Of a DNA stretch of 32,000 bases, positions 1 through 9,041 are shown in pieces. Each line of letters starts with the position of its first letter. The first letter of the stretch is position 1. The notes beneath the pieces are model-generated. The model was not told the DNA's origin. It saw only the letters and a program-made list of their open reading frames with translations, and did no database searches. Source of the stretch: Trichodesmium erythraeum IMS101 (lineage in GTDB: Bacteria > Cyanobacteriota > Cyanobacteriia > Cyanobacteriales > Microcoleaceae); assembly GCF_000014265.1 (NCBI RefSeq), contig NC_008312.1, positions 1,620,001-1,652,000 of the forward strand. The letters are read 5' to 3'. A program made the position numbers and the translations under genes.

Positions 1-1193
1 TCCTCATATTCCGGTGACCCCATGAGAAAACTTCCCCCAGGAATATAAACCATTTCCAAGACCAACCCACTATCTAAATTTTCTGCCAAAAATTCTGCTT
101 CGTAGGAACGACGGTCAATTTCTTTACCCCGGGAATTAACCTTTATTACCTCAAAACCAAATTTTTGTCGGGGCGGAGAACTTATATCTTTCTTTCTGTT
201 TTTAAATTCCTTTGTTTTCCATCCTGACTCCTGAGTCCTTTCAGTTGATTTTTTGTGAAAATTCATTTCCCACCACTCCTCAATATTTCCAGGGCGACCT
301 TCCTTTGCCAAAACTAAAGCCGACATTAGCAACTTTTGCCAAGACGACTCTAAGCCTTCAGGTTCCCAACTTTTTTCTTTTGATAATGAACGTTCCAGAA
401 CATTGGGAGGTAACTGCCCACTCAACATTTCATAAACCATCATTCCTACTTCAAAAATATCACTTTCTACCCCTACCTCCCCCCTGGCGAGAACCTCCGG
501 AGCCGCATAACTCTCAGCAAAACTCTCAGTGCTGGAAGTACCCATCGAAGTACCAAAAGTTTGTTTTGCCGAGCCAAAGTCAGTCAATACTAACCGTCCT
601 TCTGGAGTTAGTAAAATATTATCGGGTTTTATATCCAGGTGAAATATTCCTTGTTGATGTACTGCCGATAATGCTGATACAAGGTCAGTAATTATTTCTT
701 TGACTTTTTGAGGGGGAAATTTTTTCTCAGGTTGAGAATCTAATTCTTTTCTGAGACTTTTTCCTCTAACTAGCTCCATCACCAGGTAAGCTGTTTCATT
801 TTCCTCAAATAAATCAATTACCCGCACCACATGAGGATGATTTAGTTGGGCTAATATTTTCCCTTCCTGGAGAAACCTTCGCAAACCCTGTTGAAATATT
901 TCCTGTTGGTTTCTGGGAATGGTGAAACCTCCAGTGGTGGGATGTCGCAGGGCGTAATTTTGGGGATAGTATTCTTTAATAGCGACTATTTGTTTTAATA
1001 ATGTATGGTGTCCTCGATAAGTAACACCAAACCCTCCTCGACCTAAGGGGTAGTCTATTTGATAGGGCTTGTCTCCTAGTTGAGTACCTGGTGTTAGGAG
1101 GCCTCGGATTAGTGATGGTAGGTATGCGCCACAGTTATAACATATTTTTGTCTCAAGTGGAATACCGTCGGTATGGCAGTTTAAGCAACGCAT
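1..1193 (-). CDS. Ser/Thr protein kinase with N-terminal zinc-ribbon and C-terminal FGE-sulfatase (SUMF1-like) domain; 3' end lies beyond the window edge
   Basis: Absent from the supplied ORF track because there is no stop inside the window. The reverse-strand ATG at 1193-1191 opens an uninterrupted frame to position 1. It reads MRCLNCHTDGIPLETKICYNCG (CxxC...CxxC), then G-loop GRGGFGVTY, VAIKE, catalytic loop HLDIKPDNILL, LTDFGSA (DFG) and AAPEV (APE). After a linker comes LEMVYIPGGSFLMGSPEYE, the typical start of an FGE-sulfatase domain. Confidence 0.85.
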   Translation of the reverse strand, partial: MRCLNCHTDGIPLETKICYNCGAYLPSLIRGLLTPGTQLGDKPYQIDYPLGRGGFGVTYRGHHTLLKQIVAIKEYYPQNYALRHPTTGGFTIPRNQQEIFQQGLRRFLQEGKILAQLNHPHVVRVIDLFEENETAYLVMELVRGKSLRKELDSQPEKKFPPQKVKEIITDLVSALSAVHQQGIFHLDIKPDNILLTPEGRLVLTDFGSAKQTFGTSMGTSSTESFAESYAAPEVLARGEVGVESDIFEVGMMVYEMLSGQLPPNVLERSLSKEKSWEPEGLESSWQKLLMSALVLAKEGRPGNIEEWWEMNFHKKSTERTQESGWKTKEFKNRKKDISSPPRQKFGFEVIKVNSRGKEIDRRSYEAEFLAENLDSGLVLEMVYIPGGSFLMGSPEYE

Positions 1194-1304
1194 GATTTTA
1201 AGAGGTCAAAAATTAGATAAGAGTTTCAAAGCTTTCCGTAATTATAGTGTGGAGAATTTCCTGAAAAAGAAGGAAAAATGAGCATAGCATCTTCAAAATA
1301 ACTA

Positions 1305-1313
1305 TGATATAAT
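1305..1313 (+). promoter_or_regulatory. Extended -10-like box (TGaTATAAT), repeat unit 1
   Basis: tgatataat sits at the same position as in the other units. No transcription data are available. Confidence 0.3.
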
Positions 1314-1550
1314 TTATGTATAGTTATAAATGTGGCACTATACTAGACTTTTTATTCAATGTAAAAAAAGCGATCGCTACAACACAACAATATATAAAAG
1401 GAAATTTAAGACATTCGAATGTTAGACAGTAAAAGATGTCAGAGAGCTTAAAAAAAAAATAACAACTAAATCATTATTACTTGCATTTTTTTTCATTCTG
1501 TGAAGCTCCAAAAAAAAGGAACAACGAGGGTAGCATCTTCAAAATAACTA

Positions 1551-1559
1551 TGGTATAAT
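1551..1559 (+). promoter_or_regulatory. Extended -10-like box (TGgTATAAT), repeat unit 2
   Basis: tggtataat is conserved in register across units. Confidence 0.35.
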
Positions 1560-1799
1560 AAATAATGGGTATTCAATGCATATACTAGACTTTTTATTCA
1601 ACGTAAAAAAAGCGATCGCTACAACACAACAATATATAAAAGGAAATTTAAGACATTCGAATGTTAGACAGTAAAAGATGTCAGAGAGCTTAAAAAAAAA
1701 ATAACAACTAAATCATTATTACTTGCATTTTTTTTCATTCTGGGAAGCTCAAAAAAAAAGGAACGAGAAACAACGACGGTAGCATCTTCAAAATAACTA

Positions 1800-1808
1800 T
1801 GGTATAAT
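1800..1808 (+). promoter_or_regulatory. Extended -10-like box (TGgTATAAT), repeat unit 3
   Basis: tggtataat is conserved in register across units. Confidence 0.35.
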
Positions 1809-2041
1809 AAATAATGAGGATTAAATCCATATACTAGACTTTTTATTCAACGTAAAAAAAGCGATCGCCACAACACAACAATATATAAAAGGAAATTTAA
1901 GACATTCGAATGTTGGATAGTAAAAGATGTCAGAGAGCTAAAAAAAAAATAACAACTAAATCATTATTACTTGCATTTTTTTTTCATTCTGTGAAGCTCC
2001 AAAAAAAAGGAACAACGACGGTAGCATGTTCAAAATAACTA

Positions 2042-2050
2042 TGGTATAAT
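2042..2050 (+). promoter_or_regulatory. Extended -10-like box (TGgTATAAT), repeat unit 4
   Basis: tggtataat is conserved in register across units. Confidence 0.35.
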
Positions 2051-2299
2051 GAATAATGGGTATTCAATCCATATACTAGACTTTTTATTCAACGTAAAAA
2101 AAGCGATCGCTACAACACAACAATATATAAAAGGAAATTTATATTTTTTTTAGTTAGACAGCAAAAGATGTCAAAGATCTTAAAAGCAGAACCTTTTTTT
2201 TATTTGAAAGCAAGCATCGTGTTATAGTATTCTTAAAAAAATATTACAAATAATTAGAAGCGATCGCGTCAATTTATTTATCTATGTCTAGAATATAAA

Positions 2300-3365
2300 A
2301 ATTAACATTATTGAGCCAGAAGAGACCCTAAAAAAGCTTCTTATAGACCAAAAAACAGGTAAATACATAGAAAGAGTACAAATTTTATACCTACATTAAA
2401 CCATCAGGGAGAAAGAGTAAAACATTTAGCGAATGTGACTAGCTTAACAAGTCGCCATCGGGTGAAAAGATCAGGATAGTTAAATCAATATCGTCAAGGA
2501 AGACTAGAGGCTTTTCTGATAACTGGTAAAATGAAATTCAAAAATCATTAATTCCTGAAAAAGTTAAACGTAAATTAAAGGAAGAATTAAAAGACCCAAA
2601 AGGTTTGAATAACTATACTGAAATTCATCAATGACTTAATAGTGTTTTAGACATTCAAGCAAGTTATAAAATAATATATAAGATAGCTCATTATTATTCA
2701 AAATCTAAACTTAAGGTGTCACGTCTAGTTAATATTAAACAAGGAAAAGATACAGTAAATAACTTTAAAAAAACTCCCAAAATTAATTAAATCAATCTTA
2801 TACAAAAATCCATATTTTGGAAAAGATAGTAAAAAAAATTATCGATAGGTATCAATATAAAAGTCGTTTTGGATTGAAAACTATTTCAAGACTAAAAATA
2901 ACCTATAAAGATGTAAAACCAATTGGAAAATAGCAATAGCAGTTTTTATATAAATATTTATATGGCTTAGTATAGCCATAAAATGGATTGTTTTTATTTA
3001 CTCATCTTAACAGTATTTATGTCGAGAAATTTTGATAATTATTTGCAGAAAAATTTCCTGATGAAGTTCACATAATTCAGCTAGATAACGGTAGTTTAAA
3101 TAAAACATTAACATCAAATATTTCTGAGAAGATAGTTTTACTATTTCAAACCGCTTACAGCCCACAAGTTAACTCAATAGAAAGATTATGGCAATAAATC
3201 AAGAAAGATTTTAAGCGGATTAATTTTGGCAGCATAGAGAAATTACAAAATGCTTATTCCTAAACGTTTAAACAAGTTAACTCAAAAATTAATAGCTTGA
3301 ATCACTGGCTGGGGATTTATTATTGATGCTTTAATCAATGGCCAATATTTAGGCATTAATCGTCT
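2300..3365 (+). pseudogene. IS630/Tc1-mariner family transposase pseudogene with many stops and frameshifts
   Basis: Fragmented translation gives LKEELKDPKGLNNYTEIHQ*LNSVLDIQASYKIIYKIAHYY..KLKVSR in the HTH region. The DDE region reads HIIQLDNGSLNK...LLFQTAYSPQVNSIERLWQ*IKKDFKR, matching the IS630 pattern DNxxxH...YSPxLNxIERLW. No intact ORF is present. Confidence 0.8.
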
Positions 3366-3394
3366 TTAAGTATTTAATCTTTAAAAAGTGATCG

Positions 3395-3687
3395 CTCCTA
3401 ATCAATAGTGTTGTTCTTAGATCTTCTACTATGTTCTCTGGCCCTAATACTTGTTCTAATATCTAGCTTCAATGACCTTTGTATCCTCCTGCTGCTCGCT
3501 TTCATTTTTCTGTGAGACTTTTTGTCCATATTGTACTTGACGTTTTGAGTCCATCAGTTAATGGTGGCTTTGAACAAGTTTTGCTATCTCACCCTAAAAA
3601 AATTTCAAGCTCTGCTATCCTGTTGCGCAGTCCGAGATTTTCTCTCTCTAACCTCTTAATTTTTTGATCTTTATTTTTGGGACTCAT
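3395..3687 (-). pseudogene. IS66-family transposase N-terminal fragment (pseudogene)
   Basis: The reverse strand from the ATG at 3687 reads MSPKNKDQKIKRLERENLGLRNRIAELEIFLG*DSKTCSKPPLTDGLK...AAGGYKGH*. This matches the IS66 TnpC N-terminal pattern: a leucine-zipper-like segment, then SKPPSSD, then GGQKGH. It is interrupted by stops and truncated. Confidence 0.7.
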
Positions 3688-4554
3688 GGTTGAAATTTAC
3701 CATATTTTTTTCCTCATTAGAATATTCTTTCCTTTCTCAATTGGGCAGTTACAGTTTTTTATATATCAATGTTGGTCAAAAAGCTTCGCTCCCCTGTTGA
3801 AGAGCTTTGAGATAAAAATCAATCAATATTGCTATTTATATAAGTTTTGTGCTATTGTAGGTAAGACTAAATATACTCCAAAATAGTAATTTCATTCTGT
3901 GGACTAACCTTCTAGGCCTAAGCCGATGGAGATTAATATCAGGTTCTATGAAACAGAAACACAAACTCTGAGGTTTTTGAATTCTACTTTGTCCCATAAA
4001 AGCAAAATTGGAAATATCTTAAAAACAATAGAAATTACCTAGAAAAGAAAAAATCCGTAGGATTACTAATGAACTTAGTTCTAGGTTACTTCCTAAAACA
4101 AAAAGAGTAGTATCAAAAAATCTTCAATCATCTTTGTAGGAATATTTGATCCTGGCTCCTGGAGCCGCCAAAAAATTAATGATAAACTAACTCAAAGTAT
4201 ATTGAATTGTTAATAGAGAATATTATTCAGTTTTCATTGTTATGATGTATAAAAGTTAGTACAAATGGGTAGGTATTCACCTATTTTTAAGTTTTGTTCT
4301 GATTCTTTAAACAAGTAATATGAAAGCCCATTTGATAAAGTGAAGCAACATGGAGATACAAAATAGATGTGGAAGGAAGGTTAAACCTACCCAAAAGCTC
4401 TACTTCCGGAAGGGTATGGAAGTTTGTTGGGTTGTGTGCAATGCCCAATTAAATACCAGCATACCTAGGTTTTAAGTCTCGGTAATAGTTTCTCTGACTT
4501 TAAGTCAGGTAATATGTGAACACAAAGAAGATACCATAAAGAGTGCTAATTTTC

Positions 4555-5238
4555 ATGCAAACAGAAGCTTTCAGTGAGCTTTTTCCTTTATTTAAAGGAG
4601 CTAATCCAGAAACATTGGAATGGCTCTTATCCGTTGCAGTAAAACATGAGTATCCCTCAAATAGATTAGTCCTAATGGAAGATGCTTGGGGTAATGCTGT
4701 TTACTTTGTGGTATCGGGATGGGTCAAAGTCAGACGCAGATTGTCCCCTGATAACTCAGTTACATTGGCTATTCTAGGTAGAGGAGATTTTTTTGGTGAA
4801 ATGGCCATTCTAGATGAATCCCCCCGCTCAAATGATGTTGTTGCCCTATCTCCGGTTCGTTTGATTAGTATTTCGGCTCAAAGATTTATTCAAACTCTCT
4901 TCAAAGATCCTCAGTTACATCACCGAATGCTTCAACTGATGGTTAAGCGTCTCAGGCAGACAAACGTTCGTTATCAATTACGTAATAGACCTCCAGCAGT
5001 CAAACTTGCTAATACATTAGTAGAATTAGCTGAAAACTACGGTCAGACCACTGAAAAAACCTGTGAAATATTTAATATTCCTGACCAAGATTTAGGAGAT
5101 GTAACAGATATTACAATTGATGAAACTACTAAAATTATGGCCAAACTACATAATAAGGGTTGGATTAAGAGAGACCCGGAACATCAGTTAATGCACTTAC
5201 TTAATCTTAAACATTTAATGCATTTAGCCAGTCAGTAA
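4555..5238 (+). CDS. Crp/Fnr-family transcriptional regulator (cNMP-binding domain plus C-terminal HTH)
   Basis: This is the track ORF 4543..5238. I prefer the ATG at 4555 (MQTEAFSELF...), with the GTG at 4543 as an alternative. The cNMP-binding signature is GDFFGEMAILDESPRSNDVVA, and the C-terminal region is HTH-like. Confidence 0.85.
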   Translation: MQTEAFSELFPLFKGANPETLEWLLSVAVKHEYPSNRLVLMEDAWGNAVYFVVSGWVKVRRRLSPDNSVTLAILGRGDFFGEMAILDESPRSNDVVALSPVRLISISAQRFIQTLFKDPQLHHRMLQLMVKRLRQTNVRYQLRNRPPAVKLANTLVELAENYGQTTEKTCEIFNIPDQDLGDVTDITIDETTKIMAKLHNKGWIKRDPEHQLMHLLNLKHLMHLASQ

Positions 5239-5439
5239 ATTAGATTAATAATTTTTTAAATACTCAAGTTGATAATAAAAAGTCAAAAAAATCAGCTATC
5301 TTTCTTGAAAAATTTGCATTAAAACTATAGCAAATTTGGTGATTAATATAGTATAAATGACAAGGCAAATATTTTGGGCTTCTTTCCTATCCTCTAGCCC
5401 ATATTCTCCACTTTCTATTCACTTTAAAAATTAATAACT

Positions 5440-7242
5440 ATGACTGAAGCTAAAATATTAACCATCAGTCCAACAATTACAAGCCCAGCAATTCAATATA
5501 AAGTATCTATGCCTCATCCAGAATCTCATCTGTTTGAGGTTAGTTTGTCTGTAAGAGTTGAAGAATTATCTTCCTCATTATTACAAATGTCCAAAAAACT
5601 GGATTTAAAAATGCCAGTATGGACACCAGGTTCTTACTTAATCAGGGAATATGCTAAACATTTGCAAGATTTCTGTGCCTATAGTGAAAATAAACAACCT
5701 TTACCTTGGCAAAAACTTAGCAAAAATCACTGGCAAATAGAAACATTGGGAGTCTCAAAAGTAATAGTTCAGTACAAGATATTTGCTAATGAATTAACAG
5801 TGCGCACCAATCATTTAGACTCTACACATGCTTATTTTAACGGTGCAGCTTTGTTCTTTTATATTCCTGAATGTGAAAAAAATAAGATTAGGCTCGAAGT
5901 TATTTCACCATTACCTAATTGGCAAATTACGACATCTTTACCAAAGACTCCAAATACAGAAAATACATTTGAAGCAGAAGATTTTGATACTTTAGTAGAT
6001 AGTCCTTTTGAGATAGGTAACCATCAATTATATCAATTTGAAGTAGAAGGAAAAAAACATCAATTAGCTATTTGGGGAAAAGGTAATGCAGAGCCAGAAA
6101 AATTAATTCCAGATATACAAAAAATTATTGCAGTAGAAGCAGAGTTTTTTGGTGGTTTGCCTTATGAAGAATATTTATTTATTTTGCATAGTTCTAGTAA
6201 AGGATTTGGTGGTTTAGAACATAAGTTTAGTTGTACCTTAAATTATCCGAGATTTGGTTTTAGGAATAAGGAAAAACGTGATCGGTTCATGCAGCTAGTT
6301 GCCCATGAATTTTTCCACTTGTGGAATGTTAAACGTATCCGACCTAAAGCATTAGAAGAGTTTGATTATGACCAAGAAAATTATACTCCTTCTCTGTGGT
6401 TTTCTGAAGGTACAACTAGTTATTATGACTTATTAATTCCTCTAAGAGCAGGTATTTATGATGTTCAAACTTTCTTGAAAGAATTAGGAAAAGAAATTAC
6501 ACTTCTGCTAACAACAATAGGAAGAAAAGTACAACCTGTAAGTGAGTCTAGTTGGGATGCTTGGATTAAATTATATCGTCGGGATAATAATAGTAACAAC
6601 TGTCAAATTTCCTATTATTTAAAGGGAGCAATGATATCTTTATTACTTGATTTGTTAATTCGAGAAAAATATGAAAATCAACGCTCACTAGATGATGTAA
6701 TGTATCAAATGTGGGAGAAATTTGGTAAGTCAGAAATAGGTTTTACTCCAGAACAATTGAAAGCTGTAATTGAAGAGGTAGCAGAATTAGATTTGGGCAA
6801 CTTCTTTAAGAGATATATTGATGGTTTAGATGAGTTACCTTTTGATGAATACTTCGGGCATTTTGGCCTGCAACTTAAAAAAGAAGATAATGAATGGCCT
6901 GATTGGGGTATGAATGTTGTTAGTGAAAATAATAAAGAAATAATTAAGTTTGTAGAAAATAACGGGCCAGCACAGTTGGCGGGAATAAATGCAGGAGATC
7001 AGTTACTGGCAATAAATGGTTTTCGGGTAAATGCAGATAAGTTGGGCTATCGCCTCAAAGATTATCAACCAGGAGATATTTTGGAAGTAACTGTTTTCCA
7101 TCAAGATGAGCTTATTACTCATCAGATAACTTTGGCTCACCCCGGTCCTAGTCGTTACCAATTGGTTCCAGTGAAAAATCCTACGGCAACACAAGAAAAA
7201 AATTTTGTTGGGTGGTTGGGAAGTTCATTAGAGTCTATTTGA
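5440..7242 (+). CDS. M61-family metallopeptidase (glycyl aminopeptidase-like) with C-terminal PDZ domain
   Basis: A 600 aa ORF. The zinc motif HEFFHLWNVKRIRP (HExxH) sits in the context typical of the M61 family. The C-terminal segment GINAGDQLLAINGFRV is PDZ-like. Confidence 0.85.
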   Translation: MTEAKILTISPTITSPAIQYKVSMPHPESHLFEVSLSVRVEELSSSLLQMSKKLDLKMPVWTPGSYLIREYAKHLQDFCAYSENKQPLPWQKLSKNHWQIETLGVSKVIVQYKIFANELTVRTNHLDSTHAYFNGAALFFYIPECEKNKIRLEVISPLPNWQITTSLPKTPNTENTFEAEDFDTLVDSPFEIGNHQLYQFEVEGKKHQLAIWGKGNAEPEKLIPDIQKIIAVEAEFFGGLPYEEYLFILHSSSKGFGGLEHKFSCTLNYPRFGFRNKEKRDRFMQLVAHEFFHLWNVKRIRPKALEEFDYDQENYTPSLWFSEGTTSYYDLLIPLRAGIYDVQTFLKELGKEITLLLTTIGRKVQPVSESSWDAWIKLYRRDNNSNNCQISYYLKGAMISLLLDLLIREKYENQRSLDDVMYQMWEKFGKSEIGFTPEQLKAVIEEVAELDLGNFFKRYIDGLDELPFDEYFGHFGLQLKKEDNEWPDWGMNVVSENNKEIIKFVENNGPAQLAGINAGDQLLAINGFRVNADKLGYRLKDYQPGDILEVTVFHQDELITHQITLAHPGPSRYQLVPVKNPTATQEKNFVGWLGSSLESI

Positions 7243-7507
7243 TTGATAACTCAGATTTCTCTTGGTAAAGATAAATTCAAGATGATTTACACAGTATGAA
7301 TAATTACCAAGCAATTGAATTTAACACTACTTTTAATTTTACAAATTTAGGTATAGAATATGAGTCCATAGTCTTGTTTGGCAAAAATCATTAAGAATTA
7401 ATAAGTAAAAGTATATATCTTTTTCTAGATAAATATTACCTTAAACAATTACCCAAAGGTAGGATATATAGTATAAATATATGGAATAATTACTGAAAAG
7501 ACACTGT

Positions 7508-7533
7508 GTATAGCGGCACTGCGTAAGCCCTGA
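7508..7533. repeat. Solo terminal-inverted-repeat-like remnant related to the IS4-like element at 22167-23559
   Basis: tatagcggcactgcgtaagccctg resembles the right end tatagcgtacttgcgtaagtcccg at about 80% by eye. No transposase lies adjacent. Confidence 0.3.
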
Positions 7534-7717
7534 ATGTTTTTTTTCTATTGTAAGTCTTTATGCTGAATTTATTGCTATGACTGGTTTTAGGCTTGATAAA
7601 AGCTTTATGTTTTTATTGTCGACAACTGATAACTTTTTGATTTACCTATATTATACTCACCTATGATAATTACAATCTATCAAAGGCAAACGAGTATATA
7701 TCAAAAGGATAGAACTA

Positions 7718-8632
7718 GTGAACATTAAGGACAAATACTTACAAGCTAGCACTCTTTTCCTAACTTTGGTGACTGTAGGAGCTACCTCTGCAACTGCGGC
7801 TAGCTTAAAAAGTTCTGATGTGGTCGTCATAGTTGATGAATATGGTTCTATGAACTACGAGCAAACATGGCTTGGCACGGTTATTCCACAGTTAGATACT
7901 GCTCTGCAAAATCAAGGTATCGTGGGCAACCGTTTTGGTCTTGTTGGATTTGGTACTTCCAATCAAACCTTAGGACGATCTTTGCCTTTAGGTGGAGCCA
8001 AGTTTGGTAACTCTGCTGAATTTGCAACTGCTACAAATAGCTTACTATTAAAAGGTGGTTTTGAAGATGGTTATTCTGCAATTGACTTTGCTTTGAATAA
8101 CTACACCTTCCGCGAAGGTGCTGCTGTTAACTTCATCCTGGTGACAGACGAAGATCGGGATAATGGTAACTCTAGCCTCAACTTCAACAATATCCTGGCC
8201 AGATTAAAGCGAAACCCTCAAGACAATAAAGATGATATTCTCTTGAATGCTATAGTCAATGCCAACTTTGTGAATAATTCTCTTGGAGTTAACTCTGAAG
8301 GAAATGCCTATATTGCCAACGGTAGTGGTGGATATACAACTACTCAACTTCCACAACCACTAACTAACTTTATTACCAGTGATTTTGGAACTACTAAATT
8401 AGACTATATAGATTTAGCTCTTGATAGTGGTGGCACAGGATGGGACTTGAACCAACTACGTGATGGTGGTCTAACTGGAACTTCTTTCGCGAAGGCATTT
8501 ATTGATATCAAAGTTGAAGAGATTAAGAATCAACAGATACCCGAACCAGGTTTAGTTTTAGGTCTTTTGAGTGCGGGTGTTTTAGGTGTCATTTCATTGG
8601 GTAAAAAGCTAACTCAGAGTGTCTTAAACTGA
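7718..8632 (+). CDS. Secreted vWA-like protein with C-terminal PEP-CTERM sorting signal
   Basis: A GTG start lies 8 nt after aagga. The signal peptide is MNIKDKYLQASTLFLTLVTVGATSATAAS. VVVIVDEYGSM and ILVTDEDRDN resemble vWA/MIDAS strands. The C-terminus IPEPGLVLGLLSAGVLGVISLGKK combines a PEP motif, a TM helix and a basic tail. Confidence 0.7.
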   Translation: MNIKDKYLQASTLFLTLVTVGATSATAASLKSSDVVVIVDEYGSMNYEQTWLGTVIPQLDTALQNQGIVGNRFGLVGFGTSNQTLGRSLPLGGAKFGNSAEFATATNSLLLKGGFEDGYSAIDFALNNYTFREGAAVNFILVTDEDRDNGNSSLNFNNILARLKRNPQDNKDDILLNAIVNANFVNNSLGVNSEGNAYIANGSGGYTTTQLPQPLTNFITSDFGTTKLDYIDLALDSGGTGWDLNQLRDGGLTGTSFAKAFIDIKVEEIKNQQIPEPGLVLGLLSAGVLGVISLGKKLTQSVLN

Positions 8633-8742
8633 AGCTGTAAGACTTAAGTCAGGCAAAGCAAAGCTTTTAACTTTTTAGGTATACCTGAGCAGGGCTGATA
8701 ATTGCATTCACCTATTTAATCTATGAGTTAAGGTTAGAATAT

Positions 8743-8925
8743 TTAGGGTTTGCTGATTGACTATCAAAGTATTGAAAGATAAAACTTTAGCATTTTTAGA
8801 CCGAAAACTAGGCACTTTTTTCGGTCTAAAAATCTAGCATTTTGAGTACGCAAAGGCAAAAAAAAATTACTCTCCTACTGCCCCGCTTCCCTATTCCTTA
8901 AAAAGACTGTTTCAGCAAATCCTAA
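8743..8925. mobile_element. 183 bp MITE-like element with 14 bp terminal inverted repeats
   Basis: The ends ttagggtttgctga (8743-8756) and tcagcaaatcctaa (8912-8925) are inverted repeats with 1 mismatch. The ends match the terminus of the IS1182-like relic (tcagtaaaccctaa, 26468-26481). There is an internal hairpin tttttagaccgaaaa / ttttcggtctaaaaa at about 8794-8831. Confidence 0.65.
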
Positions 8926-9041
8926 TTATGGGTAGATACTAGATGATTAAGCCATAGTTTTTTTGGATAATTTATAATTAGTTCATTATTTTTAGTAGGG
9001 CTTTGGTCAGTTATTTGTTATCCTTACCTCATAAGTTTTCT

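Larger units (their letters stand above)
1255..2190 (+). repeat. Tandem array of about 3.7 units of a ~246 bp repeat
   Basis: The anchor tagcatcttc (tagcatgttc in the last unit) recurs at 1285, 1531, 1780 and 2022, giving periods of 246, 249 and 242. Units are near-identical apart from a ~22-26 nt variable block after a TATAAT box and homopolymer length changes. Each unit contains one HIP1 site and the 12-nt perfect palindrome acattcgaatgt (first copy 1411-1422). The last unit diverges after about 2140. Confidence 0.95.

Noticed and set aside
212-691. Track ORF of 159 aa on the plus strand.
   Set aside because: It lies entirely antisense to the kinase coding frame, which has clear catalytic motifs. 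The sequence is low-complexity and Pro/Leu-rich with no recognisable family.
1440-1515. Small hydrophobic peptide ORF on the minus strand of each 246 bp unit (MKKNASNNDLVVIFFLSSLTSFTV).
   Set aside because: The frame runs through A/T homopolymers whose lengths differ between units. T9 instead of T8 in unit 3 gives an immediate stop, so the ORF is not conserved across copies.
1255-2190. Possible CRISPR array, given the regularly spaced repeats.
   Set aside because: The whole ~246 bp unit is conserved. There are no short direct repeats separated by unique spacers, and no cas genes occur in the window.
3479-3886. Track ORFs 3479..3667 and 3677..3886 (+).
   Set aside because: The first is antisense to the IS66 N-terminal relic. 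The second is AT-rich, Phe/Ile-rich sequence without an RBS or family resemblance.
4493-4523. Palindromes ctgactttaagtcag and tgtgaacaca just upstream of the Crp-family gene, as possible autoregulatory operators.
   Set aside because: Neither fits the TGTGA-N6-TCACA or GTA-N8-TAC spacing. The first has a one-nucleotide centre and related gacttaagtc strings occur elsewhere (about 8643 and 31545), so specificity is doubtful.
7003-7194. Track ORF of 63 aa (-).
   Set aside because: It is antisense within the PDZ region of the M61 peptidase gene.
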